64,000 nucleotides of DNA from Rhina ancylostomus (lineage: Eukaryota), in assembly GCA_030265395.1 (NCBI GenBank), contig JARFYF010000118.1, positions 17,899,070-17,963,069 on the forward strand, given 5' to 3'. The translations under genes and the position numbers were made by a program. Below are positions 1 through 13,280 of this stretch, in pieces. Below the pieces are notes generated by a model that made no database searches, was not told the origin of the DNA, and worked only from the letters and a program-made list of their open reading frames with translations. Position 1 is the first letter of the stretch. Every line of letters starts with the position of its first letter.

Positions 1-59
1 GATTTCCATCTTAAAACACTGAAAGAACCAGCACTACATAACAGAATTTCTAACCAAGC

Positions 60-290
60 TGTTAAACTGCCCTCCGAGATGCATGTAAAGATCTCACAGC
101 ATTATTCAAAGAAGCGTATTGGTGATTTCCCATTATTCAAGCCACATTTTTCCCTCAACAATCAGGACTGGAATAAATTATCTGGTCATGGATCTCATTG
201 CTGATCATTTGGCAGTTTCCTTCCTTGACAGTGGTACTTAAACTTTCAAGGTGTATCATTAATTGCAAGACGTTTTGAGATATGAAGTTC
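60..290 (+). mobile_element. Decayed Deu-domain SINE (SacSINE/LF-SINE-like)
   Basis: gatgcatgtaaagatctcacagcattattcaaagaag...attatctggtcat...tcattgctg resembles the Deu core and the copy at 12270-12500. Confidence 0.5.
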
Positions 291-544
291 ATGTCAGAAA
301 AGCACAACCTTATTTTTAATTAAATGTTTCTTACTTGAGATATAAAGTGGCTGTATTTTAATGCCAAGTTTGAAGGAGTTTCACAACATGAGCTGCTTCT
401 TAGAATCAGACATTGCAAAGGTAAAATGTACATATCTAAACATGGGGCAGCATGCTAAATTTCTCATTTCCAACCAACTGGCATTTTGTGGCAGATATAT
501 GTTTGAAGGAATGAAATCAAAACCTTGCCTTGTATCACATTGAA

Positions 545-812
545 TTATTGAATCGTATAGAACAACTATGGTGCCTATCTACGCTAATCCCATTTGCCCA
601 CATTAAGCTCTTACTTCTTTCCTATCCACATACCTGTCTGAGTGCCTTTTTAAACATTGTAACTTCCTCTGGTGGCTCATTGCAGATATTCACTATCTCC
701 TGTGTGGAAAAACTTGCCCATCAGATCTCCTTTAAATTTCTCCCCTCCCACCTTTAACCTCTGCCCTCTACTTCAAGACTCCCCCATCCTGGGAAAAAGA
801 TTCTGACTCTCT
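545..812 (-). mobile_element. CR1 LINE 3' fragment
   Basis: Similar to the copies at 24197-24524 and 17955-18300 (ctaatcccatttgccc...tgcctttttaaacattgt...ctcccccatcctgggaaaaaga). Confidence 0.7.
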
Positions 813-3800
813 AATGAGCATCAACAAGTTATTGAAACATCTGATTAATGGTATAGAAAGCTTGTTTTGATAATCAACCTGCAACAGGTTTCAGCTATTT
901 CATACTATAAACTATAACACATCATTCCATTGCAGATTTCAAGGATAAGCATTTACCATGATTGAAATCAATGTAAGTCAGCTATTTTCTTTCAGTAGGT
1001 TTGTTCAGTAATCACAGTTGCAAGTCTGACTTGAGGGTTTTTTCAATTTCTGTTGTGTTGAGGTGGCATGGGATATCAGAATTTCTTTACAAAGTAAGAT
1101 TATTTGTTACATCATTGTTTATGTATCCAAGAGAAACTTAATGTTGGCCATCAGTGTCCAACTATTTCTACAGGGTTTTCACCTTCTCCTTTCCACCTGA
1201 CAGTCATTTGCAGGTGTTAGTAACTCTTAGTGTGATGGAGATCTTTTATTGGTTTAAACCCATTCTAATCTCAAATTTTGTTTGACAGTTCATTTCCTGG
1301 GTGTTGCTTCATCTTCACTGCAATATCCTCGCCAGGAATACAGTAGAAATGGGAAGTTACTGTTCTACCAGTTTGTTATTGGGTTTTATCTTACCTCTGT
1401 GTTAATCTCAAGTATTAGCCATTTATAAGGATCATTTTGTTAAGCATTTTTCAGAAGCTGAAGTACAAGAGGGTGTAGAGTTCTTCTCATTCAACTTGCT
1501 TTGTCACCTTAATGAGTTTAGTCAGGCTTGATCTAACTTCATCAGATTTTATTTTGTTGCTCATTTCTAGTCATTATCTGTTGGTTGTCAAGTTTGTTTC
1601 TGCTTAGTTCATAACACTGATGGTTCAGCAGTTGACGGAGTCTTTTTGTTTTGAAAATGAGCAAAATTTCATCTATAATGTGGTATGACCGTCACTGCCT
1701 CACAACTCTCCTTTGTCTCTCAGGGGGTAAGTTGTTTTTGCCCTTGAGAGATTTTTGATTTTATCTAGAATCTTAAACTGTTTTCAATTTCATTTTGATT
1801 ATTTCTGGTGTCCTCATGAAGCTGACTTAAAAACTCTTCCACTTGCCTTTTGCTGAAGGGTTTTGAATGGATCGCTTAAGTCAATTTATTTCCTTACAAT
1901 GATTGGAATTAGAGTTTTTAAGTTGTTTTAGTCTGACAAGCATGTTAAATATACTTGTCAGTCCAAAGCAGTTTAAAAGTGCAAATTTGGGTTCAACACT
2001 GCTACTGACTGAACGTGATTTCCTAGGCTTGTCTGAAGATCTGATATTGGTCTATTTTATCCAAGCATACAAAAGCGGCAGGGACTGAGTTTCATCCTTT
2101 CAGAAGTGTATTTATTTTCTTCAAGCCTGCTGAGTGCACGTGTACGCAACATAGCCCTTAAAGAAATCAACCAAAATGGTGTTTGCCAAAGGGAAAAGCA
2201 GTGACATGAGATAAAACGCCATGACCTCTGCTGGCTTGGAGGTGAACAGCTATCAACTGTGCACATTCAATTACATATACTATATAAATTACATACATTA
2301 TTACAATGCTGAACTGCTACTTCTGGTATGAGGCTGTGTTGTAAAGCTCTGATAGAAAATGATATATATCATCTTAAAGAACGTAATAGCCAACGGCTTT
2401 CCAATCATGTTCCAGAATAACTTCTGATAAATCTTATTGTTGCTAAAACAAATTTCTTTTAAATATTCCTTTATTATGAGTATGGACTCTGCATTGAATT
2501 GTGTCAGTATTATTGGCTGTGAATAACATTTCAAAGCATAGCTGGAGCCTTTGTAAACTGCAGTTGTGCAGAGAATTGCTTTTAGTTCACATCCATATGG
2601 TTGGTTCTAAATGTGATCTCGAAGTGTTCATGCAGTCGTATTTTGCAACTCCACATAAAGTATGCATAAATAATCTTAAATTTAAGTATACCTTTACAAT
2701 AATTAATGAAAAGTGTCCCATGTGCTTAATTTTGGATTGCTTAAATTTATTGGTTTCCATGCATACAGGTTAAATATAATTTCATGTGTTCATCTCACAG
2801 ATCCTTGTTTTGTAAAGAAATTCCATTGAAAATTAAAATAAAAAGGACAAATATTAATGAATTAAAGTTTTCCATCATAATTGACTTACCAGTTCTTTAT
2901 ATTTTTACCAGCAACTGATCTTCACTCTCAGTGTGGTGTAATTTAATTATTCAAGGAGTTTTTAAAGGCTGGTTGAAATCTCAGAGCTTCATTGACAAAG
3001 AGGGCTTAATGCAACATTCTTCTCATAGGCTTACAAGTCCTGACATTGAGTAATGAGTTTCCTGATCATACTTGGCATCAGTTACTTTACCAACCTATAC
3101 GTAATTAATAAACAAACATTATTCATGAAACGTGTTCTCCATTAATCTTCATTAAAAATATCAAACTGCTACTGAGTGCTGCAGTAAGTATACCAGAGGG
3201 AAGGAGAACATACTTTGACATAACTTCATGAAGTGCGATGCATTTAAACGGCATCATGTTAATTGATTGGAATTAGTACATTAGACATTGTGGCTGCTTC
3301 AGATTATAAAAATCACAATATTTAATTTTATGAAAGTTTNNNNNNNNNNNNNNNNNNNNNNNNNNNNNNNNNNNNNNNNNNNNNNNNNNNNNNNNNNNNN
3401 NNNNNNNNNNNNNNNNNNNNNNNNNNNNNNNNNNNNNNNTTTTGCTTCCAATTTTCTTACGCATGGATTCAATTCCTTCGACCCTGGCAAACCTCCATTT
3501 CCTTGCCCATAGGGATACTCTTCATGTGTGAGTTTAAAAAATGAAGGTGGGGTTTTAGCTGCTGATCATCTATTGCAACAGTATTAACCAGGTAGCCAGC
3601 ACTTAAATTTGGAAAGGGGTGGGGTAGTGTTACTTCTTGGCATTTGTGCTGCCTACATTTGCCTCTAGGCTAGAGAGGAAGCTTTGGCTATGGGGAAATT
3701 GTGGACTGATCCATATCTTTACATTTATTGAATGGAATGATATGTTCTGTCCTACCCACTTCCTTTCTAATTCATGTTGTTATTACCTTTGGATTCTGGG

Positions 3801-5286
3801 AGTAAAGCCTTCCCGGGAGACACACCTTGAATGGGGTTGGTCTGGGGGTTAGAAAAGGAGTGACAGGGGAATGAGAAAAGGGCAAAGCCAAAAGGGGGCG
3901 GAAGTAAAGGAAGAGCAGAGTCGTAAAGTTCACAGAGAAGGGAAGAGAACAGTAAAGAGGAAATGGAGGCTGTGGGAATTGGAGAGGACAACAGGAAAAA
4001 GGGGAAAATAGAAGAGAGATAAAGAAAGGAGGCAATGGAAAATGGGAAAATTCTAGAACCAGTGCTTTGCATTAACAAGAGAGGATGTTGGATTCACAGA
4101 GGATGAGCACAAGAAAGCATATTGATTTATTGGTGTGAAGAGTGTGTGACATGACAGCAATCATTGTGAAGGTGGAGCAGGGCAGTTCCAGCATTAAAGG
4201 CAGTAATCAGGGGAAGTACATTGCTGACAAAAATAGAAAAGAAAGAGGAAGGGAAGAAAAAAGTGTTAGCAAGGGGTGGGGTTGGGAAATTAATTTTTCT
4301 GTAACAAGATAATGGGAAAGGAAAATTCCACATCAAACTGTGTGGGAGCCAGATTGACTTGAAAGGAGAGGGGAAGAAGTGCCTGTCAAAATTGGAGGAG
4401 AGTTAAAAGACAAGAAGAATGTCAACATGTGATGAGAAAGGTTGAACGAGATAGAGAGACAATTCAGGTGGTGATTGGGATGTTTCAGTGATTGCTGAAA
4501 ATCCCATGTTATTCTGACTTCCTTCTATGTCAGGGTTAAAAGTACATCAAATTGTCACCCAAAAAACTCTTTTGAATTAATTGGAATGCATCCAGCTAGC
4601 TGTTGTAGACTTGAAGTTAGTTTTGTCCTTGTTTCATCATGTTTTGGAAACTAAGTTAGCTGTTTTTGAAACTGTTGGCAAGTTGCTGCTGCTTTTCTCC
4701 TTTGGACTTGCACCTCCAGAAGGTGCCTAAATTTTGCTCTTTTTGGAGGGTTGGCACCGCAGACTGAATTCAAAATTTGATCGTGTTTAAGATCGCCAGG
4801 GGGTGGGAAATTGAATCAAGATGTAATACTCTCTTTTAAAGTTTATTGGAGACTTTGATATTGTATACCTTTATCTTACAAACTATTATGGTAAATGGGG
4901 ATTATATGAAAAAGATGCTCTTTAAAGAAACAGATCTTTAATATCAACTTAACATTGTTCAGATGTTGGGGCATCCCATTCATGATTAGATAGTTTAACC
5001 ATAACACATCTTGCATTCTTCAATCGGTAGCATGTCCTATGTCTAACTTTTACCCTTGTATTGTTTTCTTATATTGCAGTTGCTGGCTTTCCTTGGAAGG
5101 TGGTCTCCTCTATGCCTTTGTTGGACCTGCAGCCGTTGTTGTTTTGGTATCATATTTTGAGTCTCATTTCATTTACCATTGATAGCTATCTTAGTGGTAA
5201 AATAATGAGAGAGAAAGTTACACTTTGGAGCTTTGAATATTGCCTTTAAAAAGATATTTTATGTTTATACATTTTTATTTCAACAG

Positions 5287-5372
5287 GTGAACATGGTTAT
5301 TGGCATTCTGGTATTTAACAAACTTGTTTCGAAAGATGGAATAACAGATAAGAAACTGAAGGAACGGGCAGG
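5287..5372 (+). CDS. ADGRB1: ADGRB1 (BAI1) coding exon, end of TM5 and start of ICL3
   Basis: tttcaacag|GTG...GCAGG|gtatga. Translates [28 protein letters not shown](G), matching BAI1 as recalled (BAI3 has SRDGILDKKLKHRAG). 86 nt, phase 0 to 2. Confidence 0.96.
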
Positions 5373-5979
5373 GTATGATTATAAATACATCATCTAGCAT
5401 TTTATTATCTTTGAAAGATGTTCATCATATTTCCTTGATTAGGAATAATCAATATGGTTTATTACTCCTCCAGTGCTTACTACCCCAATATAGCTGCTTG
5501 CAAATAGTAACCTTAAAATGTTAAATTATGATCAGTTGCCAAATGCAGCAAGCCATCAACCACTGGCATACTCTAAAGTTCACATTGATGATGTTGCCAT
5601 ATCTTTGGCTTGTTGAAAATTACCTCTGATTTGGTCATGGTTTTCTGTTATGTTTGGGAGAATTTAATGAAACAGCATCCTTTTTGTTGGTCAACAAACA
5701 ACTTTGTTACCTTGTTTAGTTAATAGGTTGCACAGATGTCAGTACCTGAATACTCTGGAAGGAATGTACCAGATTGCTGGCTAGAAATATAAATTGATAC
5801 ATACATATGTTTAAAGATGACATATACAGTTGAGACTTTCTAACAAGGGAATGAATGCCAATCCTCACAACTGGACAATCTGAACAGTTTAAAACAAAAT
5901 AATGCTTAGCAGCATTTAAATTAATTGAAAAAATTATCTTGCAGTTTTCTTACTTCGTTTTCCGAAGGCTGTTACTATA

Positions 5980-6760
5980 GAGTCATAGTCTAACCAGTGT
6001 TCTGTAAAGTTGCAGCAAAACATCACAACTTCTATATTTCATGCCCCCACTAATGAAGGTAAGCATGTCGTATGTTGCTTTCACCATCCTCTCTGTGTTA
6101 CCACAATCAGGGAACATTGGATTTGAAGCACAAGGTCCCTCTGTTCATCAACATTCCTTAGCACCGTTCCATTTACTGCATGTGTCCTATCCCTATGTGA
6201 TTTCCCAAAATGCATCACCTTGCCCTTGTCGGGAATAAATTCAACTGCCAATGCCCCACCCAACTTTCCATCTGCTCTGTGTCCTGCTGTAGTCGTGGAC
6301 AACTTCCCCTGCTATCCGCAATACCACTGACTTCCCTGAACCATATTTCTGTGATTGCAATAACATCATAGTTCCAACTGCTGATCCATGCTCCAAACTT
6401 ACTGGGTTTGCCTGTGCGCCTCCTTGCATTAAGATGAATGCAGTTGAGCCTGCCAGCCCTTCCATGCTCCCTAACCTGCATCTGTCTGCTCTGCCCACTG
6501 GACTTGCTTGATTATCCTCTGCATTTTTCTCCCTACCTGCTGCACTGTTACTATGTTTCCCAGGTGGCTGTCAAATTAGCTTAAACCCTCCTGAGTAGTA
6601 TGAGTAAACCTTCCTGCAAGCATATTGGTCCCCCAGCAGTTTACTTTCAACTTGTCCTTCATGTGTAGTTCCCGACTACTTCAGAAATGATCCCAATGAT
6701 CCATGTACCTAAGACCCTCCCTCCTGCAACAACTGTTTAGCCACAAGTTCATCTTTCATG
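5980..6760 (-). mobile_element. CR1 LINE fragments (RT and endonuclease parts)
   Basis: Minus-strand peptides VEFIPDKGKVMHFGKS...EQRDL (RT) and LNAR...NYDVIAITEIW (APE endonuclease), frameshifted. Confidence 0.8.
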
Positions 6761-6819
6761 TAATGTCTGTTGGTATTTAGTTACATAAACTGTGGTTATC
6801 ATTCAGTACCTATCCTTTA

Positions 6820-7155
6820 GGGCAGTAGAGAGGCAACCGAACAGCTCCAACAATCCTGGTTCGATCCTGACCTCTGGTGCTGCCTGTCTAGAGTTTGCAA
6901 ATTCTCCCTGTGACTGCATGGGTTTCCTCGTGATGCTCCACTTTTCTCCCACATACCAGAGATGTACTAATTTGTTGATTAATTGGCCACTGCAAATTAC
7001 ACCGAGTTTGTTTGTAAATGGTAGAATTGGGGAAGAGTTAGAGGGAATATGAGGAGAATCATATAGGATTATTGTAAGATCAGTATAGGTGAGTGCTTGA
7101 TCGTTGACAAGGACTCAATGGACCAAAAGGTCTGCTTCTGTGATGCAGGACTCTG
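6820..7155 (+). mobile_element. tRNA-derived HE1/V-SINE-like element
   Basis: B-box-like ggttcgatcc, the V-domain gagtttgcaaattctccctgtgactgcatgggtttcctc...ctcccacat, and a CR1-like tail. Confidence 0.8.
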
Positions 7156-7789
7156 AATCATGTTTTGACCTCCGAAGTGTGTATTACAAAGTTGCTTGAC
7201 CTTGTGCAGCTAATCGGCATGTCTTACTCTGTTCTTTCCTGACATCTGTTGAATCGCACTATTTCGCAAGGATTTGATCTGTGATTAAGATGTGGTCTGT
7301 GTTTATTTGTTAGCCTTTGGGGACTGATGTGGATATGTTAGACTTGCACCTTCAGACATAATTTCAGTGTTACTATCTTCAAAAGGTTGTCACCATTTGC
7401 TGAATTTAAAATTTCATGAGGCTTAAAATAGCCAAAAGGGTTTAAAATCAACCATGATCTTATTGAATGGTGGAGGAGGTTTGAGGAGCCAAATGGCCTC
7501 CTCCTGCTCCCATTTTATGTTCTTATTCCAATAGTCGCCTTTACTTTGGCAAATGTTAGCTAGTTCAGCACAGACTAGTCTGTGTGACACAGTATAATAC
7601 TGAGTTTTGCATTCACAGTCGGTCTTAATCCTGCAGGACTAGGGGCATGGACTTCCCATGGATAACAAANNNNNNNNNNNNNNNNNNNNNNNNNNNNNNN
7701 NNNNNNNNNNNNNNNNNNNNNNNNNNNNNNNNNNNNNNNNNNNNNNNNNNNNNNNNNNNNNNNNNNNNNCCCCCCCCCCCCCCCCGCCG

Positions 7790-7846
<57 letters not shown>

Positions 7847-7849
7847 GTC

Positions 7850-8430
7850 CCTGTGTAGGGGAGCCATCAAGATCCCTTGAAGTTAGGCATTGCTGGCATG
7901 ATATTGCCGGGGACATGTACATGAATGTAGTCTATAAGTGCCTGTAGTCTGGGGAAACCTGCAAAAGTAGCAAATCTCCCTGCATTTGACAGTGTGGCAT
8001 CAGGGAGATCAGTTGTCTCAGCAACAATGCATCATTGCAGATGTCCTCCACAATAGTGTCCTGAGCCCAACCATGCTCAGCTGCTTGCCTGTGAACTTGT
8101 TAGGTGAAAATTGGGAATGTTGCTGATGATTGTTCAATGTTCATTTCCATTTGTAACTCTTCAGCAAATAAAGCAATCCATACCTGAGTACAGCAAGACC
8201 TAGACAAAATTCAGGCAAATAACATTTGAACCACAAAAGTACCAGGCAGTGACTAGTTAGGCAATGAGAAAATCTAGCCACGTGCCCTTGAGGGACTTGG
8301 TGAAGGTGTTTTCATCAGTAACATCCTGGGAGTTGCAATTGAATAGAAACTCAAGTAGACCAGCCACACAAATACTACAGAGGCAAGAGCAGATCAGAAG
8401 TTGTGTAAGTTGTGTAACCATCATTCCAAA
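7850..8430 (+). mobile_element. Decayed LINE reverse-transcriptase fragment
   Basis: aatagtgtcctgagcccaaccatgctcagctgc resembles the (QG)SVLGP motif, followed by gctgatgattgt (ADDC). Multiple disruptions. Confidence 0.65.
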
Positions 8431-9999
8431 GCAATGATGCTCAAACTGTGGGAGTCAAACCACCTCTAATTTCTGTATTAGAATATTAAGTTTTATTATA
8501 TTCAAGAGGCATAATAATATGTTCCATTGTACATTGCTAATGCTAGAACACCAGTTAAAAAATATTAGGGTTATTAGTTGGAGAATATATGGTTAATATA
8601 GAACCATTATTGTTAGAAAGAATCAGCTTTTAAAATACTTCCATTGAATGTGTTGATACTTATAAGCAGTGAACTGTTTTGATGTTACATGGTACAGTTT
8701 TGTAAAGAGACAGTTCTCCATTCAAACAGCACACAGCAAGGAACACCTAACACAAGGGGTTGGCAAACTGGTCACCTTATTTATAGAGATAGTGATTGGT
8801 TCCTCAGTGCGTACACCTGTATAGATATATTTGTTGGAAAAATAATTGAGATGGGTCCTGTGGTTGTAGGTAGCAAACAACATATAATGAGGACTGAGTG
8901 CACTGTTTGAGCAATCTGAGTACAAAAATATATCTTTTAAAACTTGCATTTTACATATTTTGGAACTGAAAGCTACCAATATGACAGTACTTTTACCATA
9001 AAATGGCAAATCTTTTACAAACACAGAAATCTGCTTTAGGATCGAGTGCCTTGAAATTGAAAGCTGGTCAGTCGCACTGATTTCGCCTCCAAAATTCAGT
9101 TCCATTTGGCAATCAGAGATGAAATTCTAGACAGATTCTTATTTACAGTCTGCACAGCTACTTTACCATTGCTGAAAGACTACAACATGTGCCTGACCTT
9201 CTATACTTGATTTCCATAGTGATAACAGAACAGTGTTAAGCAATTGTAAACTATTGGTGTTTATTCCTTCAGGCTGTAGAAGCTGAAATTGGTTGTTATA
9301 TAATGTGACTCCTAATTGTGATGAGAGTTGTGGCCTTGAAACCACTAAACCTTGCATTTGAATTCAAGGTCTTCACAGTAAAGGATTGGGCTTCCTTCGT
9401 AACAACAATAAGCACACACTGTAGCTTAGCAACCTATTTTCTCACAGTTGGTAGCAGTAAAATGGAGACCAACTCTGAGAACAGAAACGATTTACCAGTA
9501 AAATATTTTTTTGTTTTCCTTTAGAAAAGGAAAGTAAGATAGACAGATGTTTTAGCAGGGAAATTGGTACTAGGTGACTCCAAAGCAGGGATGATAAACA
9601 ATTAATGAAAATGGATAATATTAACTAGATGGCTTTCTGATAAAACTGAGCACTTTCACACTTTGATTTCGTAACCGTCTGTGACTCTTTGCTTTCTTAA
9701 AATTATGGGAATCTTGACACTGTTATAGCAGCTGGTGCTGTGAAGTTGTAAATTGGCATTTTGAATGCATATTGACAGAAGTTTGCACAGAGGATTTTTC
9801 AGTGCGTATGGTTCATAAAACATACAAACTGCTCTGAACATTCATATTCAGACTGTTGTGGTAAATGTTCTGTGTATTGGGTGAATCTGGAGCTTGGGTG
9901 GAACCATAGATGACTCCAAACTCTTGTGGCAAAATAAATAGGATACCAGAGAGCTCCAATCTTTTTGGAAACAAAGGTACAGGAAAATAAACACCCTCC

Positions 10000-10148
10000 A
10001 GATGTTGGAAGTCTGAAACAAGAATAGAAAATGTTGGAGGTACTCAGAAGGTCAGGCAGCATCAATGGATAAAAAAAATCAATTTTCTTCTCTCTCCAGA
10101 GATGTTGCCTGACCTTCTGAGTATCCCCAGCATTTTCTTTCTATTTTT
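10000..10148. mobile_element. Palindromic MITE-like interspersed repeat
   Basis: Inverted arms agaaaatgttggaggtactcagaaggtcaggcagcatc and gatgttgcctgaccttctgagtatccccagcattttct. Related copies at about 20345, 41017, 50940 and 60190. Confidence 0.75.
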
Positions 10149-11439
10149 GCTGTTCACTTTGCTGTCTCCTTTAATGTCAGTGATATATGGAACCATTGCC
10201 TTGGATTGATTCCTCTTTCTATTTGATAGTCTTTCATTTCTGATCTAAAATAAGTTAAAGGGTGAAAAGGCAGGCATGCACTTGCATTGTGGTGGACTCC
10301 CCAACACCTTCTTCCTGCCTCCACTTTTCCCAATGGGTAGACAATATTGAAAGTTCCTTAACGGAGACCACATGACCATTAATACTTCCAGTTTGGCTTG
10401 GGGAATTGCTCATCATTCAGTGTTATATTTTTAGTTTCACTCTATATTCTAACCTTCTCAGTACCTGTTGCATCTTGCTGAATTGGCATTTAACTCTGTA
10501 CTCTCATGGGGCCATGCTTGTCACTTCATAGCACCCGAGTAGATTTCTTCACCAGCCTGTTATTCCAAGTTCTCAAGACAAAATGTGCGGTTTCTTACTC
10601 CAATTTGATCAAACACTAGAGGGAATTCAAAACTGAATTATATAGAATCACATTTGAAACTGCAGTATTTCATCCAGCTAGTTGTCATGCTAATAGATTA
10701 ATTGATGAGGAAAAGATAATTAAATATCATCTGAGGTAAATTCAAATTTCTGAATCAAATCTTTTATCGTGTTCATGGATCAATTCAGATATCACAGTCT
10801 CAATTTGTGAACTTGCTGTAGCATTGAGACTGAACTTTAGCAGAGACTACACAAGGGAATACAGTTTCCTTTTCTCTCGAAGCCTGAGAAATCTGCTGAA
10901 AGTCAGCGTGCAATCAGTTTGGGCAGCCCTAGTGGACGGCATTGTGCAGCTCAGAGTATGTCACTCATTGGAACTAATTTAGCAATCTCACTGGAGACAG
11001 CAGCAGCTGTCAAAGAGTTCCATTTTGCCTCTGCAACAAATCTGTGCCTTAGCTGTAAATCACAGTATTACTCTCTTGATCCTGAGAGAATTAGAAAGCT
11101 CTAATTGGAAAGGTTTTCAATTTTTAAAATGTTATATTTTCTTTTTAAAATTAGACCCACTTTCTGTTCTAGAAGTATTATACTCTGTACATTTTTAAAA
11201 TCCGGGCTTAGCTTGAGTTATTGCATCTTCTACTCTTCTCAATATTTTAGAAGTTTTTTTTCTGAAAGACAGGTTCCATTAATTTAAGAAATTGGTTTAG
11301 TGAAAAACATCTTTATGGATACTGTCAACCATTAAATTACAAATGTTTCCCTTTAATTNNNNNNNNNNNNNNNNNNNNNNNNNNNNNNNNNNNNNNNNNN
11401 NNNNNNNNNNNNNNNNNNNATATATTAAAAACTAAATCA

Positions 11440-12268
11440 TATAATAGTACAGTGCACTCATTTCACCCATTGAGTCTCTGTCAGCTCTTTCAAAGAGCAC
11501 TTTAGTTGTTCCCACTCTCCCTCCATTGTCCCATATTTTTCAGCTATTTAACCAATTCCCCTTAGGACATTAATACTCTGCATCTGTTTGTTTTTAGACA
11601 TGGCATTCCAATTCCAAACAGTTCACATTTCTCTTCTCATTCTTTTGTTAAGTCTGTGCCATCTGATTACCCAGTTTTCAACCAAGGGAAATAGTTTCCC
11701 TCCATTTATGGGAAATCCTACATAATTTTAAACTCCTCTTTCAAATTCCACTCTAACTTTCTCTGCTGTAAAGTAAACAAACCTGACTTCTGTAATCACT
11801 CCATAAAACTAATTCATCACCCTCAGGAACCTATTTCAGTACATTCTTAAAAACCTTGACACCTTTCCTAAAGGGTGGTGCCCAGAATTGTTCAGCAGTC
11901 CAAGCTGGTGTTGAATAAGTGTCCCGTATTGGTTTAACATACTCTATCAATCTTTGAGCTCTTTTTATAAAACTCTAGATCCCATATTTTGTTTGCAGTT
12001 TACTTTGGTAATCTTCGACTTTTATGAAATGTGTGCACAACTTCAAGGCTTTCTCTATTCTGCTCCTATCGTCAAAATAGTAACATTTAACATGTTTTCC
12101 CTAGCCTGATTCTTTCTGTTAAAACAAGTTACCTCTCCCTTTGTGTTGAAGTTCAATCGCTGGGTTGTTTGTGCTCTCTTGGTCGATTATTGCCTTCCTC
12201 AATGTTTACTCCACTTCCAAATGTTGTGTTATTTGCAACCTTTTAAGTAAGTGCCATGCACCCCAGTC
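11440..12268 (-). mobile_element. Old CR1 LINE fragment
   Basis: Diverged similarity to other CR1 copies (ttcctaaagggtggtgcccagaattg; tgtgttatttgcaacc as the reverse of the FADD region). Confidence 0.55.
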
Positions 12269-12269
12269 T

Positions 12270-12500
12270 GTCCTTTAACTGAGACATTAAATTGAGATCC
12301 TTTCAGCTCTCTTGAGTGGATGTAAAAGATCCCATGGCACTGCTGCATAAGTTGGAAGTTATTCCATTGCCTGGGCCAATACTCTCTCCTTAATCAACAT
12401 TTTTAAAGCAGATTACCTAATCACTAAAACCTTACAATTTGTAGAAGCTTTTACTGTGCATCCTTCTTGCCATATTTCATATACTCCAGCTGGAAGCAGA
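12270..12500 (+). mobile_element. Deu-domain SINE (SacSINE/LF-SINE-like)
   Basis: Core gtggatgtaaaagatcccatggcact...ctgggccaat...gcagattacct. Confidence 0.65.
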
Positions 12501-12761
12501 CTTCAAACATACTACATTAGCTATAATGTACTTCCAAGATTTCTCTTCAACAAATTCATCCTGGTTTTCCTTTATCAGTTCATGCTTATCCAGATGGCTA
12601 TCAATCTTTACCTGGAGCATGGAAAACGGATGGTGGTAATTTATACTTGTAATATGACTGCAAAGATCCAACAAAACTGCAATAAGTCTTCCTTCCGTGA
12701 CTCCATTACATTTGTTGATGGATTGCTTGTAATTTTGAGTTTTTCCCCATATGCCCCATAA

Positions 12762-13280
12762 TGAATCAGAATCAGATTCATTATTGCTGTCTTATGACGT
12801 GAAATGTGTTGTTTTTCAGCAGAAGTACAGTGCAAAGGCATAAAATTACTATAAATTACAAAATAAATAGCGCCAAAAAAAAGGAATAATGAGGTAGTGT
12901 TTATGGGTTCATTGACCATTTAGAAATCTGATGGCGAAGGGGAAGAAGCTGTTCCTGAAACATTGAGTTTGGGTCTTCAGGCTCCTGTACCTCCTCCCTG
13001 ATGGTAGGGACGAGAAGAGTGTATGTCCTGGATGGTGACAGTCCTTAGTGATGGATGCCACCTTCTTGAGGCACAGCCTCTTGAAGATGTCCTTGATGGT
13101 GGGGAGGGTTGTGCCCATGATTTAGCTGGCTGAGTCTACAATCTCTGCAACCTCTTATGATTCTGTGCATTGGAGCCTCCATACTGGGCTGTGATGCAGC
13201 CAGTTAGAATGCTCTCCACTGTACATCTGTAGAAATTTGCAAGAGTCTTTGATGACATACTAAATCTCCTCAAACCCCTA
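12762..13280 (-). mobile_element. Rex1/Babar-type LINE 3' end
   Basis: Peptide KKVASITKDCHHPGHTLFSSLPSGRRYRSLKTQTQCFRNSFFP and an (aatcag)n tail at 12764. Confidence 0.85.

Noticed and set aside
1715-1735. tgtctctcag|GGG|gtaagt as a 3-nt microexon
   Set aside because: It would insert a Gly within TM5, has no other support, and is plausibly a chance motif.
3760-4500. Hydrophobic Phe/Ser/Leu-rich minus-strand ORFs
   Set aside because: A by-product of a purine-rich low-complexity tract, probably an old LINE, with no gene structure.
7575-7922. Poly-Gly/poly-Pro ORFs, tempting as the missing BAI1 proline-rich region
   Set aside because: They come from a ~75-nt poly-C run abutting a 100-N gap. 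This is typical of a sequencing or assembly artefact, lacks splice sites, and is in the wrong position in the gene.
8300-8320. Minus-strand DENT peptide as possible recoverin exon 2
   Set aside because: It continues DENTFT rather than DENTPEKR and lies within a LINE remnant.
12477-12674. Minus-strand ORF near the expected position of downstream recoverin exons
   Set aside because: IDSHLDKHELIKENQDEFVEEKSW resembles the CR1 RT motif HL....LI..SQHGF..GKSC, so it is a LINE remnant.
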